Shown here piece by piece: positions 1-18,489 of a stretch of 64,000 nucleotides of DNA. How positions within the stretch are numbered: position 1 is the stretch's first letter; every line of letters begins with the position of its first letter. Source of the DNA: Albugo candida (lineage: Eukaryota); NCBI GenBank assembly GCA_040437565.1, contig JBDOQK010000061.1, positions 124,001 to 188,000 of the forward strand, given 5' to 3'. The notes under the pieces were generated by a model. It saw nothing but the letters and a program-made list of their open reading frames with translations, searched no databases and had not been told where the DNA came from. The translations under genes were made by a program, and so were the position numbers.

Positions 1-543
1 GATACTTACACTGAAAGTCGCTCCAGTTTCGATATCGACTTTGCTCGGGAAGAAGGATCGACTGAAGAACCACAAGACGATGATATTCTGGATATACAAG
101 CAGCCGAAATAATTGCACATAATCAACCTGGAGCAACTCCACGCACTTTCGAACTGGAAGAAGATACAAATGTCACAACTATATCACCGAGAGATCGATC
201 AGAATCTCCTGAACCCGGCAGCTTGAGTCAAAGTGAGCAACCGGAACCGTACGACTACAAAAGTCCTTCATTCAACTTTATCGATCCCCGTAATGACATT
301 GTGACATCATCACAGCACACAAACCTCGGCCATGAAAACCACATTCAAAGTCCACCTGCCGCTCCATTCGACATGGTCCACGATGAGTCTCGTCAAAGTA
401 TCGAACGACCGAGCGATTTGTCCAGATCACAAACCAACGCATTGAACAGCAGTGGTGGCTACCGACGTGAATCACTGAATTTACTCGGATACCCTTACGC
501 AAAACGCAACACTTCACGTAAACAACATCCATTCTCTGGTTAA
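1..543 (+). CDS. 3' end of an unknown protein (acidic, Ser/Pro-rich, probably disordered); runs off the window start
   Basis: Frame 1 is open from base 1 (DTYTESRSSFDIDF...) to TAA at 541-543. No recognisable domain. Confidence 0.6.
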   Translation, partial: DTYTESRSSFDIDFAREEGSTEEPQDDDILDIQAAEIIAHNQPGATPRTFELEEDTNVTTISPRDRSESPEPGSLSQSEQPEPYDYKSPSFNFIDPRNDIVTSSQHTNLGHENHIQSPPAAPFDMVHDESRQSIERPSDLSRSQTNALNSSGGYRRESLNLLGYPYAKRNTSRKQHPFSG

Positions 544-804
544 GTAATAGTGAGTTTTGTGTCTGACGAATAGCAAAATAGCTTGAGATGTGAGTGAGAA
601 CTTTTTGATTCATATTATTTTGTTAATTAGTATGCTCAATCCATGTCGTCGTTTTGCTTGTTGTCAATCTGTGCACTGATTCTTTGAGTCTGAGCGGAGC
701 CTTTTGCATGAGACAAAAGTGGCAGAGAGCTCTTCTTTTGAAATGTACGACATTTCTCATCAAAGTGATCCAATTGGTGGCGAGAAATTCGCGATATAAA
801 GTGA

Positions 805-4531
<3,727 letters not shown>

Positions 4532-4639
4532 CAAAACTTACAACAAAGTTTGGTTGTGTGCCCGCTTTTTCCAACATTTAGCGAGGCCTGAAGCACTGCA
4601 TGATTCTCAGCTGATTTGACCGTGTGTTGACTTTGTTTA

Positions 4640-5577
<938 letters not shown>

Positions 5578-5764
5578 NNNNNNNNNNNNNNNNNNNNNNN
5601 NNNNNNNNNNNNNNNNNNNNNNNNNNNNNNNNNNNNNNNNNNNNNNNNNNNNNNNNNNNNNNNNNNNNNNNNNNNNNGTTGTGTGCCCGCTTTTTCCAAC
5701 ATTTAGCGAGGCCTGAAGCACTGCATGATTCTCAGCTGATTTGACCGTGTGTTGACTTTGTTTA

Positions 5765-7897
<2,133 letters not shown>

Positions 7898-8454
7898 ACT
7901 TTTGTGTGTCAAATCACTATACTTATGATAGTACAGTGTTCTTTTGCTTTCAGTGACATTAAAATTCGCTAAAGTAATAACAGTACCGAATCCAGCAACT
8001 CGATGAACAATTAATGTATTTAGTCGAATCTCATCGAAAGAAATGAGAATTTTTACTGCAAATGCAAACGATTCCTCCGATTAATCGATCGGTTTGAATA
8101 CGCGTATGATGCATCGAGAGATGCTTTCCGGTCGCAACGACATCGGTGCTTATTTGTGTAGCGGCGATGACAGGAACACAAAGTCAGCAGTAGCTTTGCA
8201 TGTCAATAAGAGTATTCCGAATGTGTAGAAATCGATAAAGTCGATGCAAAATGCCAAGTACTCGTTTGTATTTAACATCAATGTGCAATCAGACTTTTAA
8301 TATAAGCGATAAGGGTCGAATGTACACAACTCTTTCGTGGGGTGTACGAGTGTTTATTTGGCGCAAATTCTAAGCTGTGCAATTTCAAACCTTACATACT
8401 GGTTAATTATGTAATTTCCATGTCGAAACACACCATTCCCCGAAATAATCGATA

Positions 8455-11306
8455 ATGGTCCTCGATCTCCGCGCACAAATAGTGCATCACGTCGCAGAGC
8501 TCGCGCACTGTATCAAAGGTAACGTCGTTGCAGTGGACGACGGCGCGCTTGAATCATTACGATGGTCTGGATCGCTTTCCATCCTGCTCAAAGACTTTGA
8601 GGTTCCATCCATCTTGTCCATTTCTGATTTGGAAAGTTGCCAAAATCGAGAAGAATTGGTCCAACTAATAGCTCCCTGCAAGAGCTCGTCACATTTCGTA
8701 ATGGAAAGGGCGGAGAATGGCAAAAACGATGCTCGTGATACGCTTGTGCTACTTATCAGTGACTATCTGTGGGACTATCGGAATCTAATGGAGAAATTGG
8801 TCAATTGGGACGTCATACAAATACTTGTCTGCAGTACAGTCTCGGAAGAAACTCATATCTGCTGTACAAAATATGGAAGAGAATGCAGTGCGATCAACTT
8901 TAATAAACTTACCGAAGAAATTCTTTCAAGCAACTCGAAACAATCCGATCCTGCTGCAAATTCGTGTGTTAAATCAACCGCAAGCAACACAGAAGAGCTC
9001 AACGATGAATGGGAGTGGGGTGAAGAGGAGGAAAAGATCATCAAACAGAGTGAAAGGCCTTTACATATTGTCCATACTCCGCTTCATTATTCACCGATTC
9101 TTTCAAATAACTCAAAAACAATCTCGCCGTCGTTATTTGTGTTATCGAACGCACAATGTGCATCCGCGTTTCCTCTTTTGCTCTCGCACATCCAAAAGAA
9201 TCCAGCAAACTTATACAAACATGTTAGAGAAGTACCACCGCAAAGCATCCCTTCTGAAGCGCGAAGTGCCTGGAAACATGTCGCCTATACTCTGAAAGAC
9301 ATATTTCACAATATGAATCTTCAGGTTCTTACAACCTACTAAACTTTTGGTGTACGCTATTGAACTTCAATGGTGCTGACAGGTGCAAGATCGAATTTTT
9401 GCGATTGGGTCGACTTCGGTGAAAATTGGACATACATTGGTATGCTGATCAAAAGTGTATCTTTCTTGTGATTCATGTCAAGTTTAGCTGCAGAATTTGA
9501 GTACTAAATCGGCAAACAAGACATCGATACCAATAGAGGCTTCCCTTATTCTGATGGATAGAATGATGGATCTGGCCACGCCTTGCTCCTTCGACGAAAC
9601 ACTACTGGATGCTTTACTCCGTAAAATACCGCAAACACCATCCTGCAGTACTACAACGAGCAATATTTCTGTGGTAAGGCTTGTCGCTGATCGTAGAATT
9701 TCGCTAATAGCTTCATTTTTCATAATGTAGCCCTTGAGGAAGCCTAATTTGGTCGAAGTTTATCCACTTGCTGGAGCAGACCCACAGCCGACTGAGATCG
9801 CACACTCTGATCACCTGTACAAGATATCTTCATTTGTGTCCGATCTCGACTGGAAAGGTGGCGCGACACTCTGCCATCCATCTAGCGATCATGCGTGCAC
9901 AGTTCTCCGAGCGTTAGCTTTCATGTCACCCAAATTGGCGCTTCGGGAACTTGATAGACGACTTCAAATCGTTGAACGACAGCTACAATTACCACCTTGT
10001 AAGATGTTCAAAAACAAAAAAGAAGTCAGAGGTCGTGATGTTGTCCTCCGTCGTCTTGGCAATATTCTGCGGGCTGATAGAAGCGCTCGATCAAAGTACT
10101 CCGCATTGATTGAGATTGGTATGTTAGTGCTTGAAACATTGGAACGATTGGATCTAGATGCTAGTATCTGGAGCGAATGTCGTGATCGAACAAAGCGTCA
10201 TGATCAATTAAGACAAAAGCATGCAACAGAATGGATTCTTCCCGAAATCATCGATTGGGTGCAGCGTCAGCTTACAGCCAGCCCCCAGCGGACACAGTCG
10301 TTAAAGCTATCATACATTTTATCGCTTCTTATTCACGCCTTTGCATTATCGTCGGACGTAGTACTCGAAGATCATACGCTTCAGATGTTGCGCACAATGC
10401 TGGTCAACTTGGTGCTAAAGGTCTCACTCGTCAAAAAAACACGTTGACATGCTCTCAACTACTATCCCGTAGACATTGTACACGGAACCGGATGCAATAT
10501 CATCATGCTTTCCGGATTTGTATCAGCAATTGCAGACTACGCCGACGACAAAAGTGTCAAAGCAGAGAAGCGCCTCGAAAGAGGATGATTGGGACTGGGA
10601 AGACGGTACTTTTGATGACGCAAATGGTGAAGACGACAATAACAATGAGGCAGCCTCTGTCTCCGCCGTGTCTCTCTACGTGGAGAAACTCGTTGAGATC
10701 TTCAAGGTTGCAGTAACTCAATGTCTTCTCGCTGCAACATCTGACGTACATGCTTACACGATAGGAAATTGCGCAAGTGCATGCGGATTCAGCAGACTTT
10801 GTATCGACATTATCGAATAGTATGACGAATTCACTGCCAACACACTCACTTGTAGCACAACTGGTAGCTTGGATGTACGATCCTACCAACCACTCATTTC
10901 GAGGCATTGAACATGTATGTTGGAAGATCAATAACATCGAAATTTATTCCGTGCTGTGTGACCAATGTACTGCATGTAGATTGTGGATGCATCCGAGCAA
11001 CTAACTCGTGCAGGCATTGACCTATTGAGAAGCGGTTTCAGTCGCTTTGGTTTCACATCGTCACCGGATGCTTCCAAATGCTCTTTGTCTTCCTCCGCTC
11101 AGCACCAACTACAATCAGGGCGAGTCATTGTGATTTTTGTAGTCGGAGGAATAACGTTGAAAGAAGTCATGGAGATCCAAAGAATTATCGAATTGAAGCA
11201 AAATTGCAAGGACTGGGAAATCGTCATTGGAAGTACGACAATTACAAATGGTGAAATCCTTTTGCGTCAAATATTCGGCAAAAACTGGAGCGGCACGAGG
11301 GCTTGA
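8455..11306 (+). CDS. SCFD2: Sec1/Munc18-family protein, SCFD2 / plant MIP3 type (multi-exon)
   Basis: Chain of + strand ORFs joined by short GT-AG introns. N-terminal VAVDDGALESLRWSG, central ASLILMDRMMDLATPC and C-terminal VIVIFVVGGITLKEV...IVIGSTTITN are SM-protein signatures. The subfamily call is from recall. Confidence 0.75.
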
Positions 11307-13759
11307 AGCCTTCTCCTTACCAGAAAAATCCGTTTTATTTCATGCAAAAGATGAACAGAGAAAATATCTTGAATGCAACTTTACTTGATCCTGGGTAATC
11401 GTCGATTTCAAATCGAAGTTACTATCGCAGTATCACATAAGTGAGTAATTTGAATGATCAGAGAAAAGCAGAAATCTGTTATACAGCTCTTAATTGATTG
11501 ATGCCTCTGGATAATATGCGCGGTGTGCTCACGAATATATGCGCTAGCTGACCATTGCTTTTCTCTTCAAAACTTCTTTTCACTCGCTATATTCGAGAAT
11601 ATGATTGTCAGTTGTCACGGTGCATTTACCTTCTGATTGAAGTTGAGACATTCAACCCCGATCGAAAATTCCGTTTGCATACGCATTCAGGGTCGATGAA
11701 GGATTTGGCAGACAGTGAACATGCTAACATCAAGGCCGTTTTCGTAAGGCTTTGTGCACGCCTTTGATAGATAGAAGCTGTTTACCCTCCTGCATACACA
11801 TTCGCATTCGAAAAAAACTCCAATCTCCTTAAAAGGACAGTAAGCGCTTTTCGACACAGCAATCCGACATCATTTATACATTACTAAAAATGGTTTTTGA
11901 GTCAGGTGCGATAAATCAGTGGATGCAGGCGATAATCTGTATTGGAGTTTCCAGCACTCGATACAGCCGCTAGTATAGATTTCAGGCAAAAGTGTATGGC
12001 TGTATATAACGAATCCCTGTATCCAGCTGCTAGATTTCGAGTATGAGATAGCTGCATTCAATTGATAATCATTCTTTAGACATCTTTACTATGCTTACGG
12101 CTCTATCAGTTTTATGATGTCGAAAACGGAGTGCTTGACGTCTATGAAGATACATGTAATTGCGTGAACGGAAAATGCGCAATACACAGGTGTCTCACAG
12201 CTACATTTATGCCTAAGCAGTGCAAATGGAAAACCATTCCAGCATGATGGAGAGCTTAGACTGGCCTTGTGGATAAAACGACATCAAATTCAGCCAACGA
12301 GCGTGAGTAAAATAAGAATGTAGATGTCGAAAGTCGTGCATGCTACGTACCACAGCTGCTATCGAATCTCTCCCTGAAGCCTGTTTCTTTTGATTTAATG
12401 TATTCGAGCTACAGAAAAAGCTTATCTAACATTCTATCTAAGGCATGAACCATCTAAAATCACGAGTTAAATCTGTCGAGTGGTAGAGAGCCCTCGAGAA
12501 CAGAAAATGTGTTACAGAAATGTCGTGTGCTACTGCAGAAAATCCATGTGACTGCATTCTATCCACGTTTCTAAGTGAAATATATCTCTCAAGGCTCTAG
12601 AAATTTGTAATCGTGGGTGGTGTCTTACTGGATAACTCCTTCCAAGTTGGAAAAATGGAATGGTGCCAGCATCTCCATACGTGAGAAAGCACCTTGACAT
12701 TGACATTTTTCATAAATTTGCGACCATGACACCCAATTCCATGACACCCGAGTTTTGGAGTGTATGTGATAGGAAATCAGCTTTGCAATGATGTGCACTC
12801 AGCCAGTTGATTAAAATAAATTGTGCAGTGTTGTACTGGAGAACAATCGAGAACAATTTGCATAGAAACGTACCATGTGCGAATTTCTTCAAAGAATATC
12901 CAGATAGAGCTAGACTTGAAACTGATATCTTAAACATTGTTGTCTCTGCGGTTACTCAACATCAAGATAGCGCTCGCAGCAGGATGGTGACGAAGAGGAT
13001 GTAGGGAGGGCGAAAAACCCCCAGCTTGAGGCTACCCTGGAGGTCGGTACGAGCCTATGCGCCATCGATACAGGCACCTGAGCAGGAGTGACACAATCCT
13101 TCGAGAAACTTTTCTTTCCTAATGACACAAGTAACGCGATGAATAGCCGCTCCAGCTTCTCAAACATCAAATTGGTCCCTTAGAATGCCTAGCACCACGC
13201 AGCGGAGTTCATCCGCTGCCAAGCTTATTCCGATGCTGAGATTAAAGCTGTCCGTTGGCACTGTAGAACGTATCCTCTTGACTATCAGCTGAAGCGACTA
13301 GTCCAAGATCGAAAACATGCTGCTGCTAAAAACAGACATCTTATGAACTCATGCAAGAAAGAAAACATCAGTAATATTATTATTTTCTCAGGAGAGAAAC
13401 CAAAAGTTTTGCGGGATCAAGGATTACAAATTCTTGCATTTTATGCCTTATAGGAACAAAACAAGCACGGTCTTGACCACCTTTAGCACCTGTGACGATT
13501 CACAATGAATTATGCTGCCGGGGAGCAGATCAGAGCTATCATATTTACATTATTCGGCTATATTTTGCTACTTGCATGGCTTGAAATTCATCTATTAGTA
13601 GGACAGCGCTGATATCATGTTTCCACATTGCCCCAGTGTAAATAAGCGAGAAATTTGTCGCTTTTAACGCGTAAATGATACACTCATGCGATTGGAAAGC
13701 TGGGACTAACTTCAAGGTCGACGTTCTACAGGAGTTCTACCAGAGTCTCTGACTACCAA

Positions 13760-13985
13760 TGTCGTTTTACCGAGAGGAAGGATAAGCTACTTTATTGGTG
13801 ACAAAAGCCGAAGTCCGTATATTAGTCCTATCTAACCGCTAAAACGTTCTCTTCTCGGGGCCTAACATGGTATGACCTGGTATGTACCGTTTCTATCCCT
13901 GACGTACCATCCACGCGGTGATTATGCCGCTAGATCGGATTCCCGCCATGTCTCGAACTCAGCGTAGATACATCGCTTTTCAACA
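13760..13985 (-). repeat. 3' LTR of copia element 1
   Basis: TG...CAACA termini. Matches 18274-18489 apart from a 10-bp internal duplication and roughly 15% substitutions (hand count). Confidence 0.9.
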
Positions 13986-14299
13986 CTCCTCCATCATGGT
14001 GTCGCGTGTACGTATCGCCTCCACGTTCCATTCCTTGACTTACCCATCAAGTCTCGCAACCGGACAGCGCTAAACGCTTTAGTTAGCAGGTCAGCCACCA
14101 TCGCTTCGGTCGGGATGTAGACAGGTTTCATGAAAGCTTTCTTAGCATATTCGTTGTTTAATTTCAGCTTGATTTTAATGTGCTTTGCACGCGTCGAGCT
14201 TTCTTCATTTTTTTTAATTGACGAATTGCCTCTTGATTATCCATCTTCATAGTCATCGGCAATGCAAACTTGAAGTCTGATTCAGTAACAAGCTCACGT

Positions 14300-14685
14300 G
14301 GGCTCCATACCCAGCTCATTTGAAGGTGTCTATATTACTAGAATTAGACTAACTGACTTCTCTAGTTGCCTAGGCTATCTTAANNNNNNNNNNNNNNNNN
14401 NNNNNNNNNNNNNNNNNNNNNNNNNNNNNNNNNNNNNNNNNNNNNNNNNNNNNNNNNNNNNNNNNNNNNNNNNNNNNNNNNNNCCCCTGCCGGAGGTCGT
14501 TAGTTCGATCCTCGGCAGTGTGGGCAGCGGTTTGAGCCCACCCAAGCAATAAGCTTGGAAATTATCTGCCTCCCTAGGTTTGAAGTCAGACTTAAGTGAT
14601 ATTCACACGGTCAGGGAGGGGCTCATGATAGGATAAGAAAGGTAGTTAAAGAACCAGATAAACAGTGTAATGAAATCCTTGACAA
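14300..14685 (+). mobile_element. tRNA-derived SINE, copy 1, inserted in copia RNase H and itself interrupted by a LINE 3' end and an N gap
   Basis: Head GGGCTCCATACCCAGCTCA at 14300-14318. Body 14484-14685 matches 35551-35739 and the reverse complement of 41395-41637. Flanks AGTAACAAGCTCACGT (14284-14299) and AGTAATTAGCTCACGT (14686-14701) form a TSD. The RNase H frame (LLGLRELVTESDF) rejoins when the insert is removed. Confidence 0.85.
14319..14383 (-). mobile_element. 3' terminus of an L1/Tx1-like LINE (remainder hidden in the gap)
   Basis: Reverse complement of 35489-35550 and similar to the 3' UTR ends at ~35090-35151 and ~39002-39065. Confidence 0.75.
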
Positions 14686-17600
14686 AGTAATTAGCTCACG
14701 TAACCCCAATAAATCTTGTCCTGCGTGTAAAGCCGACGGAAACTCTGTTTCCATTGTGGATAGTGCTACGGCTGTCTGCTTTCGGCAGGTACATCCCAAA
14801 ATCATGCCATTCATGCGATATTTCCCACCGCTGATAGATTTGCGGTCGACTTTATCACCAGCAAAATCAGCGTCGTTGTAGCTTGTAAGCTCGAACGTAG
14901 CGATTTCTGCAGTTCCTTTTGCATAAGCCGAAGCGTAACTTCCTTAGTTCCTTTTAGGTGTTTTTCTATTCGCCTAACCAGCTGCCATTCGCTTGTAGTA
15001 GGTGCGTGTGATGGGCGACTTGCTCGGTGTGCCGCATAAGCGCTCTCCGAGTGCGTAGACCGTGCTAGCCATAGTAGTGAGCCCACAAACAACTGGAAAT
15101 TCCGCACCAATGCAGATTCATATGAATCCTCATTAGGAAGCAGTGGGTCTACCTCGCGCAAATTGTTGTCATAGGCGCCTTGACATATGCATTTGGCGCA
15201 TCTCCATGTCTTGCTGGAACGGCCCAAATATCCGATAACGCCAAATCTACTTTTCATGTGGTCGTGTCCATGACAGCGGCAAAATTCATTGTAGAGTTAT
15301 CTCCATATGACTCTACTGCTCATTACCGCACGCTACCATGCGTGAATTGTAGCGTTCCACATCGCCATTTGCATTTGTTTTCGTCTTAAGAACCCGTTTT
15401 GTGTCAAGTGGGTGCATTTGATCAGTGCGTGTAACCAGCTTCCCACGTGTCATCCGCGATCAGAGAATCAAGTTCGAATTTGCTACATGCTTCCATTCTT
15501 TACTTTTGTCGCTTTTCATTGCAGCATTACAGCTGTTTGGATCTTCGTGGCAAACCAACCCAGCTATCTCACACGATGGGTTCTTTTTCCCACCGTATAG
15601 CGTAACCATATCTATGCCTGGACCAGACACTAATGGTTCATCGAAAGGACCTTTTGGGAGCCGACTTCATTGACATCCACGTTTTCCATGAGTGTTTTCT
15701 TGATATATCCCTTGCGCGGCTCCTCCCGATGTCCAGCATCGTTACTTGTACTTACACGCTTTTCATCGTTTATTTCTCCCTCAAACCCCTCACTGACTTT
15801 ACGGTGAGCTGCGCATTTGCTTCCTCGCTCAAAGTATTGATATTCTGGACGTGCTGCGTGGTACGTACCACCCGGGATCTCGTAAATAGAACACGATACC
15901 CTTTGATTTCATCGTTATTCCCGGTAATGATGCCCTCCTCTCTGCGTCGATTTAGTGCTTTGTGCTTTGGCTTTTGGATAGCAGTACACGGTAAGCCGAA
16001 AATAACAATATCGGTTAGTCGAGGCTTTATGCCTGTAAGCACCTCAATTGGTGACGCGCGACCAATGTTTTCTCAAGTTGGGCTGCGATTGAGAATATAC
16101 GCTGATTATTCCGTGCATCGCCCAGAAGCTCAGAAGTAAACTAGATCCAGAATTCAGGAAGCGTATCAAATTCATTATCGTTTGGTGCAATTCGCCTTTC
16201 CGTTGGATGCCTGGTTATCGGCTTCCGCTAGCTGTCGATAAACACCCTTATTCTTGCAGAAAAAAGCGACCACCTTGTATTCAGTCCCCCCATCTGTGTG
16301 TAGGCAGTGGATCTTGCAATCAAATCGCTTCTCGGAGTAGACGAGAAACCGATCAAACTGCTTCATCGCTTTGTCTTTTGTCTTGACGAGTAACACGTGG
16401 CAGTAATTGCTCTTGGGGTCGATGAAGTTTATCATGTACCGGCTTCCAATTCTGTTGGTCGGCGTGATTGACCCCTTGATGTCATTGCAGATGACACGGC
16501 CGATTCTGTCAATGGGCGCGATCAATCATCCCGTGTTTATTGTGACTGTGTGTTGCGTCTTTGTTTACCATGAGCACATGTAACACAAATCGGTCTTTTC
16601 TTGTTCGTAAGACGGATTCGATTCTCACGGTCACCTGCCATGCGCTCAATTGTATCATGCGACAGATGAGCGAAGCATAAGTGAAAATCCAGCAAACTGC
16701 CTGATTGTATATCTGGGTCCGGCAAACTCATTGCTTCATCGAGCGCCATGGCAGCGCAGTCGTTCTCTTGCTTCATGTTAGTCTTCAAAGCTTTCACCAC
16801 TAGTACATTGTTCGGACCCTTTTCCACGCCAAATACGTTGCATCCATCACTGCGACAGGCAAAGTAACGTTTATTTCCGTCGTAGAAGAGCTCGTACCCC
16901 ATCTACTCAATTATTCGATACAGAATAATACTCCACGGGAGGTTTTCTGCGTAATATACTTCACGTAGCTTCACTTAGCGAACTTTACCGTCAACGCAAA
17001 ACATGAAATCAGCGCTTCCCTCGAATCCAGGAGCATGCACTCTAGCTGTCCCTAAGCGACGACTCCATTCACTGTCGAGAATCCAATGGAATGTGGACTT
17101 CATACCATGTACCACGGCCAGCTTAAAATTCCTCTACACATTGCTTGGGCAATCGCGCTTGTAGGGACATTCCTTTCCATATTAGAAGAAAGCATCTGAA
17201 TTCTTTCTCTCGTGACAGCTTTCCTGTCTACGATCCCCATCTACCTTGTTCTTGACAGCGGCTACGTTGGCATGCATCCAAAGATAGGTGTAGGTTCAGT
17301 CATCTGGACAAAGTGCACCAAGTTCTCTGCTTGTCCCACGGAATCATCTCGCTGCGGATTTAGACGCGATAGGAGAGCTTCTTGGAATGCAATTGACAAG
17401 CAGGAATACTTAGCAATATTCTCGAGAACCTGAACTGGTACACTACCAACAACATGACTCATAGCCATCATAAACATCATGTGATCATTCTATGAAACGG
17501 AATCTTTCTTCTTCGACGTAAAGAGCTTGAAATGCCTGGGATATTGAAATCGTGGGGACGAACCTCATATTCATCTGGTCCATTGAATACCGCACTTGTG

Positions 17601-18273
17601 GGCTCTCATCATATCAGGTATCCACCTGGCTATGGAAGTGATGACCAGCTTTGCCAGTTAAGTACCTTCCAAAAACATCCAGCTTAATGTCTTCAGAGCA
17701 TAAGAACTCACTGAGTTCTTCCGCGATTCTAACCTGGCAAAGAATTCACTTCCCTCAAGAACCGAACCCAGCACCAAGACCAGGGTACACTTCCTTACCT
17801 TCGAAGCTATCGATTGCCATCCTTAGATTCCTCATTCCCGGTACCATTGGCGCCGCAAAGTACGCCGACGCTTGTGCCGTCTGTCCGCACATTCCTAGTA
17901 CCACTCCCGCTCTATCTGCCATTTGATACTTATGTCCTGCTTCATGCTGCTGCGAGGGACTTAACGCGACTTTGTCTCCAAGAGAGGTCAGCGTCATGCT
18001 ACGAACGAGTCTAATGCGCGCCTCCGCGCAAGTGCGAAAGGTGCCGCTACCTGCAGATACGACGGAAGCTTGGTCACCCTCAACCTGTTGAGATTTTCGC
18101 CTATCAAGGCGAGCTACGATGTCTCCTTCATCTCCGCAATCAATTCTAGTAGCCTGGTAACAGCTTTTCTCGCGCCGGGTCCTGTAATGGCTCTGTCATC
18201 GTCGGCTTGGGACATGCGCGGCGCTTGGGATCGATTTAAAGCAGCGTGATCCATAGGGCTTGGGCTCATAACC

Positions 18274-18489
18274 TGGACTTTTACCGAGAGGAAGGATAAG
18301 CTACTTGAGTGGTGGCAAAATCCGAATTCCGTATATTAGTCTTATTCAACTGCTAGAACTCTCTCTTCTTGTGAACTAACCTGGTATGTACCGTTTCTAT
18401 TTCCGACGTACCATCCACGCCGTTATTATGCCGCTAGATCGGATTCCCGCTGTTTCTCGTACTTAGCGAAAATACATCGCTTTGCAATA
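18274..18489 (-). repeat. 5' LTR of copia element 1
   Basis: Direct repeat of 13760-13985, with the PBS adjacent at ~18262-18273. Confidence 0.9.

Larger units (their letters stand above)
13760..18489 (-). mobile_element. Ty1/copia LTR retrotransposon, degenerate, both LTRs present
   Basis: Direct-repeat LTRs 13760-13985 and 18274-18489. On the - strand, PBS GGTTATGAGCCC follows the 5' LTR and PPT GATGGAGGAG precedes the 3' LTR. Order: gag, protease (WILDSG), GAG-pre-integrase (HLCFAHL...CVTCAHGKQ), integrase (LHTDGGTEY), RT remnant (VGSLLWLAR), RNase H (KQTAVALSTMETE...ADLLTKA). Many stops and frameshifts. Confidence 0.92.

Noticed and set aside
14570..14600. Shared 3' tail between the SINE and the L1-like LINE (CCTAGG...GAAGTCAG in both)
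   Set aside because: Only two short words with different spacing, and internal to the SINE; too little to name this LINE as the partner.
13760..18489. RIP-like C-to-T mutation, suggested by both copia right-hand LTRs ending CAATA instead of CAACA
   Set aside because: Manual comparison of the LTR pair shows many transversions and no directional CpA-to-TpA excess.
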